From: Microscillaceae bacterium
Lineage (GTDB): Bacteria; Bacteroidota; Bacteroidia; Cytophagales; Microscillaceae
Assembly: GCA_012031215.1 (NCBI GenBank)
Contig: JAAUUB010000001.1
Span: 34,395-98,394, forward strand
DNA length: 64,000 nucleotides
Reading direction: 5' to 3'
This document shows positions 20,918 through 31,020 of the stretch, piece after piece. The first letter of the stretch is position 1. Every line of letters begins with the position of its first letter. Both the position numbers and the translations under genes were made by a program. The notes beneath the pieces were generated by a model. It was given only the letters and a program-made list of their open reading frames with translations. It had not been told where the DNA came from and ran no database searches.

Positions 20918-23900
20918 ATGTGGAAAAAACTTTGCTGGATAGGAATGCTAATTTCGGGGCCGGTTTGGGGGCAAGCCACTTATACCGAATATTTTGAAGC
21001 CGATAGCCGATTTAGCCTCAATGGCTTTGTAAGTGCCGAGGATACACCTTTGCCTGAAGCCGGGCAAGGCCATTATCTGGGCTATGGGGGCTGGCTTAGC
21101 GAAACAGGTGGGCTTGAGGTTCAAGCTGGCATAGGACGCAATGGCTCTCAGGGTGTGAGCAATTCACCCAATACCGATGATAAAACTCTTTTTTCGCCCC
21201 TTTTTGAGATGGAAGCAGGCCAATCCTATTCCTTTGGCTTTTGGTATGCCAAAAAGAATAGTCAGGAAGCCATCCTTCGTCTTGAGATTGACCTGCCCGA
21301 TGAAGAAACAGGCAATTACCAATTGCTGGCCGATATAGAGATTAACCAGGTCAATAATGAATATGTTCTTTTTGAAAGCACTTTCATTGCCCCTAGCGCG
21401 GGGCGGGCCCGCTTCCGATTTAGCTTTCTGAGCAGCGCAGGCGGGCAACGTATTTACCTGGATGAGTTTTTCTTGGAAAACACTACTTTTTTCCACTTTG
21501 CCTGTAATCCTAATAACCCTCCCTTGGTCCGTTTCCGAAAACCTACCCAGATACCCGTTTCGGAAGACCAGGAAGCCCCCGTTACACTCACGGCCTATCG
21601 CCTGGGATTTATCAGCTATATCACCGAGGCCCGAATTGAGTACAGCGGCGGAAGTGCAAGCCTTAATCTTGACTTTGTGCGCTCCATCCCTTTTCCGGTG
21701 TTTTTATTATTCAATGGCAATCAGAATGAAATTACACTGGCACTGGTAGAGATGGTCCCCGATGCCCTGCCGGAGGAAAATGAAACAATTATTTTTCAGA
21801 TTATTTCTCAGGTAAATGCCGCTACCGATGCCCAAAGCCAGGCAACGCTGATAATTTTGGATACTACCGAAGAAAATCTCTTCTCTCAAAATGATTTTTT
21901 TACGCTAAGGGAAGATACGCCCCTGGAAGTGCTCTCGCCCGGGTTTTTAGCCAATGACGATGTCTCGGATGAGGAGCCATTGGATATCGTGATAAGCATT
22001 CCGCCCCAGTTTGGCAATCTTAGCCTAAGCGAAGCGGGTGGGTTTACTTATACCCCCAACCCCGATTTTTTTGGAGTAGATAGCTTTGAATATGTGCTTG
22101 TTCAGGAAAATCAGCAATCTTCTCCGGCTACTGTAACGCTTACGGTACTTTCGGTCAATGATGCGCCTTTTTTTGAAAACCTTCCCGAAAGTCTTTCTTT
22201 ATTTCAAACTGAAACCCATATGCAAGTGGTTTTTCAGCTTCATCCCGGGCCCTTCAATGAAATTGAACAGCTACTCGCGCTCACTATGGCCCTCGAAAAT
22301 GAGAACCTTTTACTGGACTATACCCTGACTTATTCCACTGAGAACCCGCTGGAAGCAATTTTGACCTTTATGCCCAATCCTGACCTATCGGGGGAAGTAT
22401 TTTTCAATTTTAGCCTTCAGGATGACGGCGGGCTGGACAATGACGGCCAAGACCTGACTACGGCAACTTTGAAAGTGGAGATTTTGCCCGTTTTAGCACC
22501 TGTTGCCGCAGCTGATTTTTTTCAGACTTTTGAAGACGCCGTTCTTGATGTATTGTCAGAAGCCTCTGTTCTCAATAATGACCAATTGGGGACTTTGGGC
22601 ACTGGCTTTGCACTGGAATTATTAAACGCTCCCATTCACGGCAATTTGATCCTGAATGAAGACGGTACTTTCCGATACCAGGCTGAGGCTGATTTTTTTG
22701 GGGAAGATACCTTTGCCTACCGTTTTTTTGATGGGTTTTCCTTTTCCCCGCCCGCGACGGTCTCCATCGATGTACTTCCGGTCAATGATGCCCCTTTTTT
22801 TTCCAATTTGCCCGACACCCTGCGCCGCTACCAAAACGAGACCCTGGGGGAGGTGTTTTTTGAGGCTTTACCCGGACCCGTCAATGAATTTGAGCAATTG
22901 CTGACGCTATCGGTGGATACTGAAAATGAATCGCTTTTACAAAATTTTGCTCTAGATTTCCCTTACACTGGCCCTAATGAAGTCAGACTTTCATTTTTGA
23001 CCCTGCCGGAGATTACCGGGCGAATACTTTTCCTATTGACCCTCCAGGATGATGGAGGACAGGAAAATGGAGGCCAAGACCAAGTAACTGATTCACTATG
23101 GCTGGAAATTTTACCTGTTTTGCCCCCTCAGGCCGAAGCCGATTTTTACGAACTCCGGGAAGACACGAACCTGGAGGTAATGGCCGAAACGGGTATCTTG
23201 GCCAATGATGTGCAAGGCACTTTTGGAACTCTTTTTGAAATTGAAATCTTAACACCGCCGATGCATGGCCAGCTTACCCTCGGGAGTGAGGGGGCCTTTT
23301 CGTATCAGCCCGGGGAAGATTTCTTTGGTGAAGACACATTTGTGTATCGTTTTTTTGATGGGCAGGCCCAGAGCGGTCCGGCCACGGTAAGCCTTAAAGT
23401 GCTTCCGGTCAATGATGCCCCCTACTTTGTGAATTTGCCTCAAAGTCTTAGTATTTCCCAAATTGCAGACAGCCAAACCCTGGCAATCCCCTTTTTGGCG
23501 GGCCCCGAAAACGAACTCGCTCAACAAACCAGCCTGAGCGTGGAAGTGGAAAATGGGTCGGTGCTGGCCGATTATTCCTGGACAGTGAACCAAAACAACC
23601 CTCCCGAACTGGTTTTATTCTATGTGCCCGATCCAGAGAAAGACGGCCAAGTAGTGTTTAGACTACATCTTCAAGATGATGGGGGCCTTGAAAATGGTGG
23701 ACAAGACCAAACCCTGGAGGTCCTAAACCTCGAGGTCATTCCTTTTGAGCGTCCTAACGCCATTTTGCTGCCTAATACTTTTACTCCAAACGAAGATACC
23801 CGCAACGACCGCTTTGTGCTGCGTTCGCGGAATCTACAAGCGGTAGAATTTATTGTTTTTGACCGATGGGGAAAAACCGTCTATGACACACGTGACATTG

Positions 23901-24028
23901 CCGAGGCCACTCAGAGAGGCTGGGATGGCAAAGACCAACCTACGGGCTTGTATGCCTGGAAAGTGAAAGCCGTATTCAATGACGGGGAAGTGCAGTCCGC
24001 GCAAGGCCGGGTATATTTGGTGAAGTGA
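20918..24028 (+). CDS. Giant secreted adhesin-like protein with three about 210-aa tandem repeats and a T9SS type-B (gliding-motility CHU_C) C-terminal domain
   Basis: Signal peptide. Repeats are marked by VNDAPFF/YF…QDDGG(L/Q)(D/E)NGGQD, starting near nt 22150, 22790 and 23410. C-terminus is FTPNEDTRNDRFVLRS…FIVFDRWGKTVYD. Confidence 0.8.
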   Translation: MWKKLCWIGMLISGPVWGQATYTEYFEADSRFSLNGFVSAEDTPLPEAGQGHYLGYGGWLSETGGLEVQAGIGRNGSQGVSNSPNTDDKTLFSPLFEMEAGQSYSFGFWYAKKNSQEAILRLEIDLPDEETGNYQLLADIEINQVNNEYVLFESTFIAPSAGRARFRFSFLSSAGGQRIYLDEFFLENTTFFHFACNPNNPPLVRFRKPTQIPVSEDQEAPVTLTAYRLGFISYITEARIEYSGGSASLNLDFVRSIPFPVFLLFNGNQNEITLALVEMVPDALPEENETIIFQIISQVNAATDAQSQATLIILDTTEENLFSQNDFFTLREDTPLEVLSPGFLANDDVSDEEPLDIVISIPPQFGNLSLSEAGGFTYTPNPDFFGVDSFEYVLVQENQQSSPATVTLTVLSVNDAPFFENLPESLSLFQTETHMQVVFQLHPGPFNEIEQLLALTMALENENLLLDYTLTYSTENPLEAILTFMPNPDLSGEVFFNFSLQDDGGLDNDGQDLTTATLKVEILPVLAPVAAADFFQTFEDAVLDVLSEASVLNNDQLGTLGTGFALELLNAPIHGNLILNEDGTFRYQAEADFFGEDTFAYRFFDGFSFSPPATVSIDVLPVNDAPFFSNLPDTLRRYQNETLGEVFFEALPGPVNEFEQLLTLSVDTENESLLQNFALDFPYTGPNEVRLSFLTLPEITGRILFLLTLQDDGGQENGGQDQVTDSLWLEILPVLPPQAEADFYELREDTNLEVMAETGILANDVQGTFGTLFEIEILTPPMHGQLTLGSEGAFSYQPGEDFFGEDTFVYRFFDGQAQSGPATVSLKVLPVNDAPYFVNLPQSLSISQIADSQTLAIPFLAGPENELAQQTSLSVEVENGSVLADYSWTVNQNNPPELVLFYVPDPEKDGQVVFRLHLQDDGGLENGGQDQTLEVLNLEVIPFERPNAILLPNTFTPNEDTRNDRFVLRSRNLQAVEFIVFDRWGKTVYDTRDIAEATQRGWDGKDQPTGLYAWKVKAVFNDGEVQSAQGRVYLVK

Positions 24029-24058
24029 TTTTTTTGCTGTGATTATACACAAACGCAA

Positions 24059-25600
24059 TTGATGAAGCATGCTTGGGTCATTTTTGTAGGGTTGATGCTT
24101 GGTATGGAGGGAAAACACCTGTTGGCCCAGGATTTGGCTTTCTCTCAGTATCAAAATCATCCCTTGCTTCATAATCCGGCGGAGGTGGGCTTAAAGCACC
24201 GGGGCACACTAAGCCTGGCCTATCGTCGCCAGCCAATTGCTTCGGGGGCCTTGCTTTCTACGCCAGTTTTGGAAGCCAGCCTGGCCCTGATACAAAAAAA
24301 CCGCTTGGCCCCTTTTGCGGGCTTGGGTTTGTTGATATTGCGCGATGAAGCCGGAGATTTTCTGACTACACAAGGCTTGGCCATTGCGCTTAATCCGCAA
24401 TTTCACCGGGGCTTTCATCATTTCAGCCTGGGGGGGCAGTTAGGCTGGTTTCAGACCCGGTTTTCTTCCGACAATGTGACCACGGACAATCAATATCGCT
24501 TGGGATTTTTTGACCCCGAAGCCGACCTCAATGAAGCATTTGATAATCTGCAAATTGGTTTTTTGACCTGGCACTTAGGGTTTCGCTGGACCTGGACAGA
24601 TGCCCAGGGGCAGGAAAAAGCTTTTCTGGGCCTTTCGGGGCGCAATCTCAACCGTGCCCCGCTCGAGTTTACAGCCGGGCAGGCAGCGCGTTTGCCGGCC
24701 CATTTTCAATTGAGTGCTGGTGTCTCCCTTCCCTTCTCACCCCGCCTCACTTTGGCCCCACAAGTGCGGGCAACTCACCGGGCTGATTTTAATTTTGCCA
24801 CTTTTGGAACCTGGTTGCATTATAACTGGGGTCTTTATGAGAAGGCCCAGCTACTATCGGCAGGAGCGGGCCTTCATACGCAAGGGGCGGCTTGGGTGGG
24901 TTTGGAATGGCAGGCAAATCGTTATCGCCTGAGTCTGGGCTATGATTTGCCTTTGCGCGACCAAACCAATGTATGGATGGGCAATGGCGCAACGGAGATA
25001 GGCTTTACTCTGTTTTTTCCGCCCCACCTTCCTAAGCCAATGCCTCCGGTTCCTATTTTGGATGAGTTGCCCGAGGTAGCGTACCAGCCGATACTCGTTT
25101 CCTTACCCCCTTTTTCAACAAAGGCAGATAAAAAGGATTTGCCGCGCCCAAACCAGCTTAGAGAAGTGCAAAATAATACTCAAAACTCCAAAGTCCGCGA
25201 AATAAGCCGGGATTTACCTACGGAGATAAAACTATTGCACGCCCGGAGTGTGCAGTTTGCTTTTCGCCAGGACACACTCAGCCCGGCCTACCAGCAATAC
25301 CTTGACCAGGTTTATGGGGCATTGCAAAAATACCCGGAGGTCAGGCTAGTCGTATCGGGACATTCTTGCGATATTGGGCTGCCCGAGGAAAATTTGCGCC
25401 TCTCACAAGAGCGGGCCAATTTTGTCAAGACCTATCTCACCCGTTTGGGCATTGCCCCCGAAAGAATTATTCCAATTGGCCTCGGCGACCGCCTGCCTCG
25501 CTTGCCCAATATCAGCGAAGGCAATCGTCAAAAAAACCGGCGGGTAGAGTTTGAGTTTATTTTTTCGCCCGAGGCGGAGGAGGCTTCCCCAGAAGAATAA
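24059..25600 (+). CDS. T9SS PorP/SprF-family outer-membrane protein fused to a C-terminal OmpA domain
   Basis: Signal peptide and an N-terminal beta-barrel region typical of PorP/SprF (QDLAFSQY…). C-terminal OmpA-like peptidoglycan-binding domain (VSGHSCDIG…NRRVEF). Lies immediately downstream of the type-B cargo gene. Confidence 0.75.
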   Translation: MMKHAWVIFVGLMLGMEGKHLLAQDLAFSQYQNHPLLHNPAEVGLKHRGTLSLAYRRQPIASGALLSTPVLEASLALIQKNRLAPFAGLGLLILRDEAGDFLTTQGLAIALNPQFHRGFHHFSLGGQLGWFQTRFSSDNVTTDNQYRLGFFDPEADLNEAFDNLQIGFLTWHLGFRWTWTDAQGQEKAFLGLSGRNLNRAPLEFTAGQAARLPAHFQLSAGVSLPFSPRLTLAPQVRATHRADFNFATFGTWLHYNWGLYEKAQLLSAGAGLHTQGAAWVGLEWQANRYRLSLGYDLPLRDQTNVWMGNGATEIGFTLFFPPHLPKPMPPVPILDELPEVAYQPILVSLPPFSTKADKKDLPRPNQLREVQNNTQNSKVREISRDLPTEIKLLHARSVQFAFRQDTLSPAYQQYLDQVYGALQKYPEVRLVVSGHSCDIGLPEENLRLSQERANFVKTYLTRLGIAPERIIPIGLGDRLPRLPNISEGNRQKNRRVEFEFIFSPEAEEASPEE

Positions 25601-25731
25601 CAGGAGCAGGTAAGAGGAAAAAATCTCAAAAGCTGCTGAGCCCGAGAAAAATCTACGAATGGCGAAAAAGTTTAATTTAATCTAAGGTGTATTGAGCCTA
25701 TACACTCGAGGCCGATTTTAAAAAGAATTGG

Positions 25732-26355
25732 ATGGCAAAAAAGGAAAAGTTTTATGTGGTATGGCAGGGGCGAGTGCCCGGTCTCTATCTTAGCTGGGCC
25801 GAATGTGAGGCTCAAGTGAAAGGTTTTGCAGGAGCGACCTACAAATCATTTTTAAATCGGGCCGAAGCCGAGGCGGCACTGCACCAAACGCCTCCAAGTT
25901 TTAAACGGGCCGCATCTACCGGAAAGACACCTTCAGAGCAATCGCCCCGCCCTTTCTTGGAGGCACTTTGTGTGGATGCGGCTTGTAGTGGCAATCCAGG
26001 CCCTATGGAGTATCGCGGCGTAGATTTACAGACCGGAAAAGAGGTCTTTCACCGGGCCTATCCATTGGGCACAAACAATATTGGCGAGTTTCTTGCCATT
26101 GTGCACGGCCTGGCCCTGGTAGTTCAGGCGCAAGTGAGCTACCCCTTGATTTTTACCGATTCCAGAACAGCCCTGGCTTGGGTAAAGGCCAAAAAGTGTC
26201 GTACGAAACTGAAAGCTTCTGCCAAACTGGCCACTCTATTTGACCATATCCAACGTGCGGAAAAATGGCTGGCTGAGCATAACTGGGCGACCCAACTGGC
26301 CAAATGGGAAACAGAAAAATGGGGAGAAATTCCGGCAGACTTTGGCCGGAAATGA
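25732..26355 (+). CDS. rnhA: Ribonuclease H with an N-terminal hybrid-binding (caulimovirus ORF VI-like) domain
   Basis: N-terminal KFYVVWQGRVPGLY…SW.EC..QV.GF..A.YKSF. C-terminal RNase H catalytic motifs (DAACSGNPG…E…TNNIGEF…D). Confidence 0.8.
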   Translation: MAKKEKFYVVWQGRVPGLYLSWAECEAQVKGFAGATYKSFLNRAEAEAALHQTPPSFKRAASTGKTPSEQSPRPFLEALCVDAACSGNPGPMEYRGVDLQTGKEVFHRAYPLGTNNIGEFLAIVHGLALVVQAQVSYPLIFTDSRTALAWVKAKKCRTKLKASAKLATLFDHIQRAEKWLAEHNWATQLAKWETEKWGEIPADFGRK

Positions 26356-26403
26356 AAAAAGCCGCGCAGGCCGCCCGGCTTCTATGCAAATGAGCTATCC
26401 CTT

Positions 26404-27069
26404 TTATAAATTCGTCAGGTTGTTTAAGTCCAGGCTTTCAACCGGTTTTTTGCCACCAGTGCTTGTTTTAGAGGCTTTTGGCCCCTGATTACCCTGAATG
26501 AGGTATCCAAAAATACCGCCGCAAATCCCGCCAATAATGTGGGCAAACTGCGAAATCTGATCTTCCTGTAAGGCATTATAAATTTCCTGGCCCAAATAGA
26601 GCAAAGCAACCAGCACAAAGGTCAGCGGTATGGTGCCTTTATTGGAGTTGGCAAAAGAAACCAGCAAAATCATCATAAACACAATGCCACTTGCTCCCAG
26701 CAAAGCATTGTTAAAAAACAGAGCATTCAGAATGCCGGTAATAAAAGCCGTAACCAAGATAAGGCTGGCCAGCATTTTAGTGCCATATTTCTCTTCCAAA
26801 ATAGGCCCAATCAGCAAAATAAAGCTAAAATTACCCACCAAATGCGCCCAACCGGCATGACCCATACAGTGTGAAAAGAAACGAAAATAAGCCAGCGGGT
26901 CATCCAGGCTCATAGGAGGAGTGCCAAATGGGTAAACAGTGAACAAATAGCGCGAAAGAGAGCCAACATTGCCGCTGGTGTCAATGAAAATGGTAGTATC
27001 CAGGGCCGTGATGAGTACACAGATAAGGGTGTAGCTCAAAATCAGAGGGGCGTTATAGGTAATTCGCAT
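26404..27069 (-). CDS. Rhomboid-family intramembrane serine protease
   Basis: 6 TM helices. GASG active-site serine motif (LLGASGIV) and a downstream His in a TM helix (AHIIGGICGG). Confidence 0.85.
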   Translation of the reverse strand: MRITYNAPLILSYTLICVLITALDTTIFIDTSGNVGSLSRYLFTVYPFGTPPMSLDDPLAYFRFFSHCMGHAGWAHLVGNFSFILLIGPILEEKYGTKMLASLILVTAFITGILNALFFNNALLGASGIVFMMILLVSFANSNKGTIPLTFVLVALLYLGQEIYNALQEDQISQFAHIIGGICGGIFGYLIQGNQGPKASKTSTGGKKPVESLDLNNLTNL

Positions 27070-27113
27070 ATTTGTTTTTTTCTAAATGTAGCATAAAGTT
27101 AAGCAAAACAATC

Positions 27114-27755
27114 TTAATTCAAAACTAAAAAACGCTCTACTTCGGTCCAGGTCATTCCTGGTTTGAGCTTGGGGTGATAGAGGCTACGAATGAGCCATCG
27201 GTCAATGGCAGCCCAGGATTGGGTGTGTGTCCAGCCCTGATAAAAAATGCTTTGGGGGCAATGCCAGGAATCATTGACCAGACCCAGGGCTTGTGTCAAT
27301 TCTTCGCGCAAAAGGTGTGCCTGGAGGGCATTCAAGGAGGATGTTTGGGCAGCAATAAAAATCAGGCCCTGCTCTATGGCATAGTCTGGCCCCAGGCGAA
27401 GATAAAAAAACCTTCATTTTTGCCCAGTTTGGAGGAAGGGAGGGCACTACGGCGCAAAAATTCTTCTCTATCGCCTACGAATATCCACAAATTGGCGGGT
27501 TGGGAAGGTTGGCAAAAAGAAAATGGAAAGCCTGCTCAGGTCTTCCATTTCTTTGATTATTTTTTGCAGGGTCGGGCGGGCACTTTCGGCAAAGGGGCCT
27601 TCCAGTGCAATTCGGATAGGCTTTTGCCATTTGCTCAGTCTTTGAAGTCCGGGTCTCAGTTCGCTTTCAAACACAATCTCTTTAAAGTAGGCAGGAGGAG
27701 AAAGCACCCAAGCCCACGATACCAAGCCCCATAATGCCCATAGTGCCCAAATCAT
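27114..27755 (-). CDS. Hypothetical protein, fragmented over at least 2 frames
   Basis: Two minus-strand ORFs (27468..27755 and 27114..27335) have protein-like composition with an uncovered gap between them. The overlapping plus-strand ORF 27174..27734 looks like an antisense artefact. Confidence 0.3.
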
Positions 27756-27758
27756 CGT

Positions 27759-29005
27759 TTACAATTGCCTAATCTCGTTAATCAATTGCTCAATCATTTC
27801 CGTGTCCGATTCTTGTTCTTGGGCGGCTTTTAGGGAGGCCTGTGCGGAAGCCAGGGCCTTTTCTTTCTGGCCCAGTTTCTTTTGCAAAGCAGCCTGCAGG
27901 TACAGGTTAACAAAGGTTGCCTCGGTTTGGACCGAGGTTTCAATCCAGGCCAGCACTTTGCCCAGGTACTCCGGCTTATCTACATTGAGGTAAAAGTTAT
28001 AGGCCGTTTTCATAAGCATCTCAAAATCATCTTGCCCATATTTTTCCAGGAAATCAAAGGAGACCTCGGCAAAGCGGGGCCAGTCTTGAATGGCTTCCAG
28101 ATAGCTCCCCAGCGAAAGCTGCTTCATGCGGGTGGCTTCTTCGGGGGCAATCAGGGCCGGAATTTGGTCGAGCAAGCCATTGAGTTCCATTAACTTTGCC
28201 TCCGATTGGGTTTCAATGGCTTCATTATAGAGCGCATCCAGGGCATTATAGGCAGGCGTTCCGGCTTTGTCTTCAAATTTTCGATAAATTTGGCCAGGTG
28301 CTCAAGATAATACAAAAAGGCAGGTGCGGCGGGATTACGGACATAAGCCGCCAAAAGGTCAAAGTTTGCTTCTTCCAGCAGGGCTTCCGGGGCGAGCTTG
28401 GCAAAATATTCATCGGCAACTACTTGCCTTAGCGGGGAAATATTTTCGCGAAAAGCCAAAAGGTATTTTTGAATGAAAGTTGGGCTGCGGTCGCCGGATT
28501 GGTATTGTTTTTCCAGATTGGGGATCTCGAGGGCGTTCTTGCCTAGTTCGAGAAAAGCTTCGGCATCCATGGCCCCGGTTTTCCGAAAAACAACCGTTTC
28601 GGAGGCATCCACAAAGAGATAAGTAGGCATGGCTTCAATTTCAAAATTAACCGCCAATTGCTCTTCCACATCTACATCGAGCTTGTAATTGATAAACTGC
28701 GCATTGAAGTAGCGGGCTACCTCTGCATCGGTAAAGACGTATTTGTCCATATATTTACAAGGCCCACACCAAACCGCATACGCATCCACAAAAAGGACTT
28801 TGTTTTGTTTTTTAGCTTCTTGGAGGGCTTCTGGCCAGGTACCTTTAAAAAAGGTCAGTTCTTCATTGAAGGCAAGGGCAGGCCGAGAAATCACCCACCC
28901 AAAAGCCACCATCAATACTAATGAAGAAAAAATGGGCTTTCGGAGATTTTTTAATCGCATCTTATACATTTTTAAGGATGAGTAAAAATATAGATAACAT
29001 CGCAT
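27759..29005 (-). CDS. Secreted thioredoxin-domain protein with a helical (TPR-like) C-terminal region. Frameshift near 28270-28280.
   Basis: Signal/TM. WCGPC thioredoxin active site. ORF 27759..28190 continues upstream in-frame without an ATG (…YNALDALYNEAIETQSEAKL-MELNG…), joining ORF 28190..29005 near an A/T run. Confidence 0.75.
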
Positions 29006-29140
29006 TAGGGCGTTTTTTGGCTTATTTCAAAAGCTTAGGTACCTCCGGTGGCGGCTGTCATGCTAGCTAACAAACGTAGTTTTTACCTAAAAAAGCCTAA
29101 ATTTGCATAGCTAATTTATAATTTTTTTTAACATACATCT

Positions 29141-29704
29141 ATGGCTACTACATCAGATATTTCGAGAGGAGCTTTTTTGCGTATCAATGGAGAGCTGGGG
29201 ATTGTTCTTGACTATGAGCACGTTACCCCCAACAAAACCCGGGCGATGTATCATGTAAAACTGCGCAGTCTTCGCACAGGCAAAATCATTGAGCATCGAT
29301 ATCGCTCCGGTGAAACAGTTGATTTGGAACGTGTACAAAACAAAGAGATGCAATTCATCTATCGGGAAGGAGACAACCTGACCGTAATGGACAATGAAAG
29401 CTATGAGCAAATCCTGATTGATGCCCGGCTCTTGGGCGAAAGCATCGTTTTTTTGAAAGAAGGGATGAATATTACCGTAGGCTTTGATTCAGAAGATGCG
29501 CCGGTATTTGCCGAAATGCCCAACTTTGTAGAACTGGAAGTTACCTACACCGAGCCCGGCCTGAAAGGCGATACCGCCACCAATACCCTCAAACCGGCCA
29601 CCCTTGAGACAGGAGCCGAAATAAAAGTGCCGCTTTTTGTGGATAATGGCGAACGCATCAAAGTAGATACCCGCAATGGGAGCTACGTAGAACGGGTAAA
29701 ATAA
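29141..29704 (+). CDS. efp: Translation elongation factor P
   Basis: 187 aa. Shows the KOW/OB pattern (GAFLRINGELG…VKLRSLRTGK…) typical of EF-P. Confidence 0.95.
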   Translation: MATTSDISRGAFLRINGELGIVLDYEHVTPNKTRAMYHVKLRSLRTGKIIEHRYRSGETVDLERVQNKEMQFIYREGDNLTVMDNESYEQILIDARLLGESIVFLKEGMNITVGFDSEDAPVFAEMPNFVELEVTYTEPGLKGDTATNTLKPATLETGAEIKVPLFVDNGERIKVDTRNGSYVERVK

Positions 29705-29732
29705 AATTCCTTTTTAGAATTTGTGCTCTACA

Positions 29733-29769
29733 CCTTTGTCGGTACTCTTGTGAGGCAAAGGTTTTTTTT
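29733..29769 (+). terminator. Rho-independent terminator after efp
   Basis: Hairpin CCTTTG-(17 nt)-CAAAGG followed by T8. Confidence 0.6.
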
Positions 29770-29787
29770 AGCCCAGGTTCCTATTTG

Positions 29788-31020
29788 CTATAAGCTATAG
29801 CCCAATAAAATGCGTGTACCCAGGGTTTGAGCCAATTGGGGGTTGCCAAGGATATGACGAAAATGTGGTTCAATGGCAATCTTCCAGCCCGGGGCGGGTT
29901 GCCATCCTATCCCCATATTCAACAGAAGCCCTACCCGCAACTGACGGCTGGCTTCTCTTTCCTGGGTTGTATTCTCAAAATTAAGTCTTTGGCCATTAAT
30001 GGCATCTACCAAAATCTCAGAAACGGTATATTCATATTTTTCCTCCAATTGCAAATTCAGGCCCGCCCCTGCGCCAGCATAGCAATAAAAATTGCGCCCC
30101 AAAGGCCTTTCGTATTGTAAGACAAAAGGAATTTCCAGCTCCCGCATCAAAAGGGCTTCCTCCCGCTGAAATTGAATGTTGTTTAAAATCCGGTCGGGAG
30201 CGGGCTGAATGGTGGTGATTTGCACGGCCACATTGCCAGTGTTTTGTAAATCAACCTTTTGGCGTAAATATGCCATTCCGGTTCTTAGCCGCCAATGTGG
30301 GCTCAGCGCATATTCAAGCCAACATTGCCCACTAGACTGAGGAGACATATCGAGAGCCGTAGGAGCATAGACCCATTCTGGGCCGCCTCCCAGATATACC
30401 GACCAGCGTCGTGAGCGTGGTTTCACAACCGGAAGTCTCAAAGAATCTATCTGGAATTGCGGAAAATGAACGTCAGGTAGCACCACCGGTAATGAGGTCA
30501 AAGAAAGCGGGGGGAGCGGTTCGGGAGGCTTGGGCTTCGCTGCCAAAGAAGAAGATAGAAGTGTTTCAGAAGCAGGGCTTGTGGGCTTGGAGAATGCTTG
30601 CACCGAATTATGTGCCGGATTCATAGAAAAAAGGCTTACTTTTTGACGAAGTTTACTTTCTTCATCCTCTTCTTTCAAGGATTTTGCCGGAGCGGGGGGC
30701 GTGTTTTCCGAATAGTTTTGAGGCCTCCCAGGGAAAAAGCCTTCTTCCGAAGAGCCAAAGCCCCAAGAAATAGGGGATGATGTCGGTGAAGGCTCAAAAT
30801 TGGCAATCATCACGCACAGCCAGACCAGCAAGCAAAAGCCCAGAAGCAATTGCTTTTGATAGCGGCGCAAAAAGAACTGCCAGGATTTTTCTACCCGAGG
30901 GGGCTTTTCATTCAGACGGGCCTCCATTTTTTGCCAGAGGGCCTCCTTAAATTCAGGGCGAAGCTTACCTAGTTCTTTGCGTAGATGTTCTTCAAATTCA
31001 GCTTCTTCTTCCCAATCCAT
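29788..31020 (-). CDS. Putative anti-sigma factor with a C-terminal outer-membrane beta-barrel-like domain
   Basis: Its start overlaps the stop of the upstream ECF sigma gene (ATGG). It has a charged N-terminus, a single TM, a Pro/Ser-rich linker, and a C-terminal region with alternating beta-strand character ending in …LLGYSL. Confidence 0.55.
   Translation of the reverse strand: MDWEEEAEFEEHLRKELGKLRPEFKEALWQKMEARLNEKPPRVEKSWQFFLRRYQKQLLLGFCLLVWLCVMIANFEPSPTSSPISWGFGSSEEGFFPGRPQNYSENTPPAPAKSLKEEDEESKLRQKVSLFSMNPAHNSVQAFSKPTSPASETLLSSSLAAKPKPPEPLPPLSLTSLPVVLPDVHFPQFQIDSLRLPVVKPRSRRWSVYLGGGPEWVYAPTALDMSPQSSGQCWLEYALSPHWRLRTGMAYLRQKVDLQNTGNVAVQITTIQPAPDRILNNIQFQREEALLMRELEIPFVLQYERPLGRNFYCYAGAGAGLNLQLEEKYEYTVSEILVDAINGQRLNFENTTQEREASRQLRVGLLLNMGIGWQPAPGWKIAIEPHFRHILGNPQLAQTLGTRILLGYSL

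Noticed and set aside
22100-23700. Possible CRISPR-like or mobile repeat array, judged from the 630-nt periodic repeats
   Set aside because: The repeats are in-frame protein-domain repeats inside one ORF. The copies are diverged (about 60-70% identity), not short identical direct repeats with spacers. No cas genes are nearby.
27174-27734. 186-aa plus-strand ORF
   Set aside because: It is opposite to protein-like minus-strand ORFs and all neighbouring genes. Its composition is not protein-like (Gly/Lys/Gln runs). It is probably an antisense artefact.
29095-29140. Candidate Bacteroidetes sigma-A promoter upstream of efp (TAAATTTG, matching the TAnnTTTG -7 element, at 29099-29106)
   Set aside because: The -7-like octamer is present, but no convincing -33 TTG sits at the right spacing. 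It is not reported as a feature.
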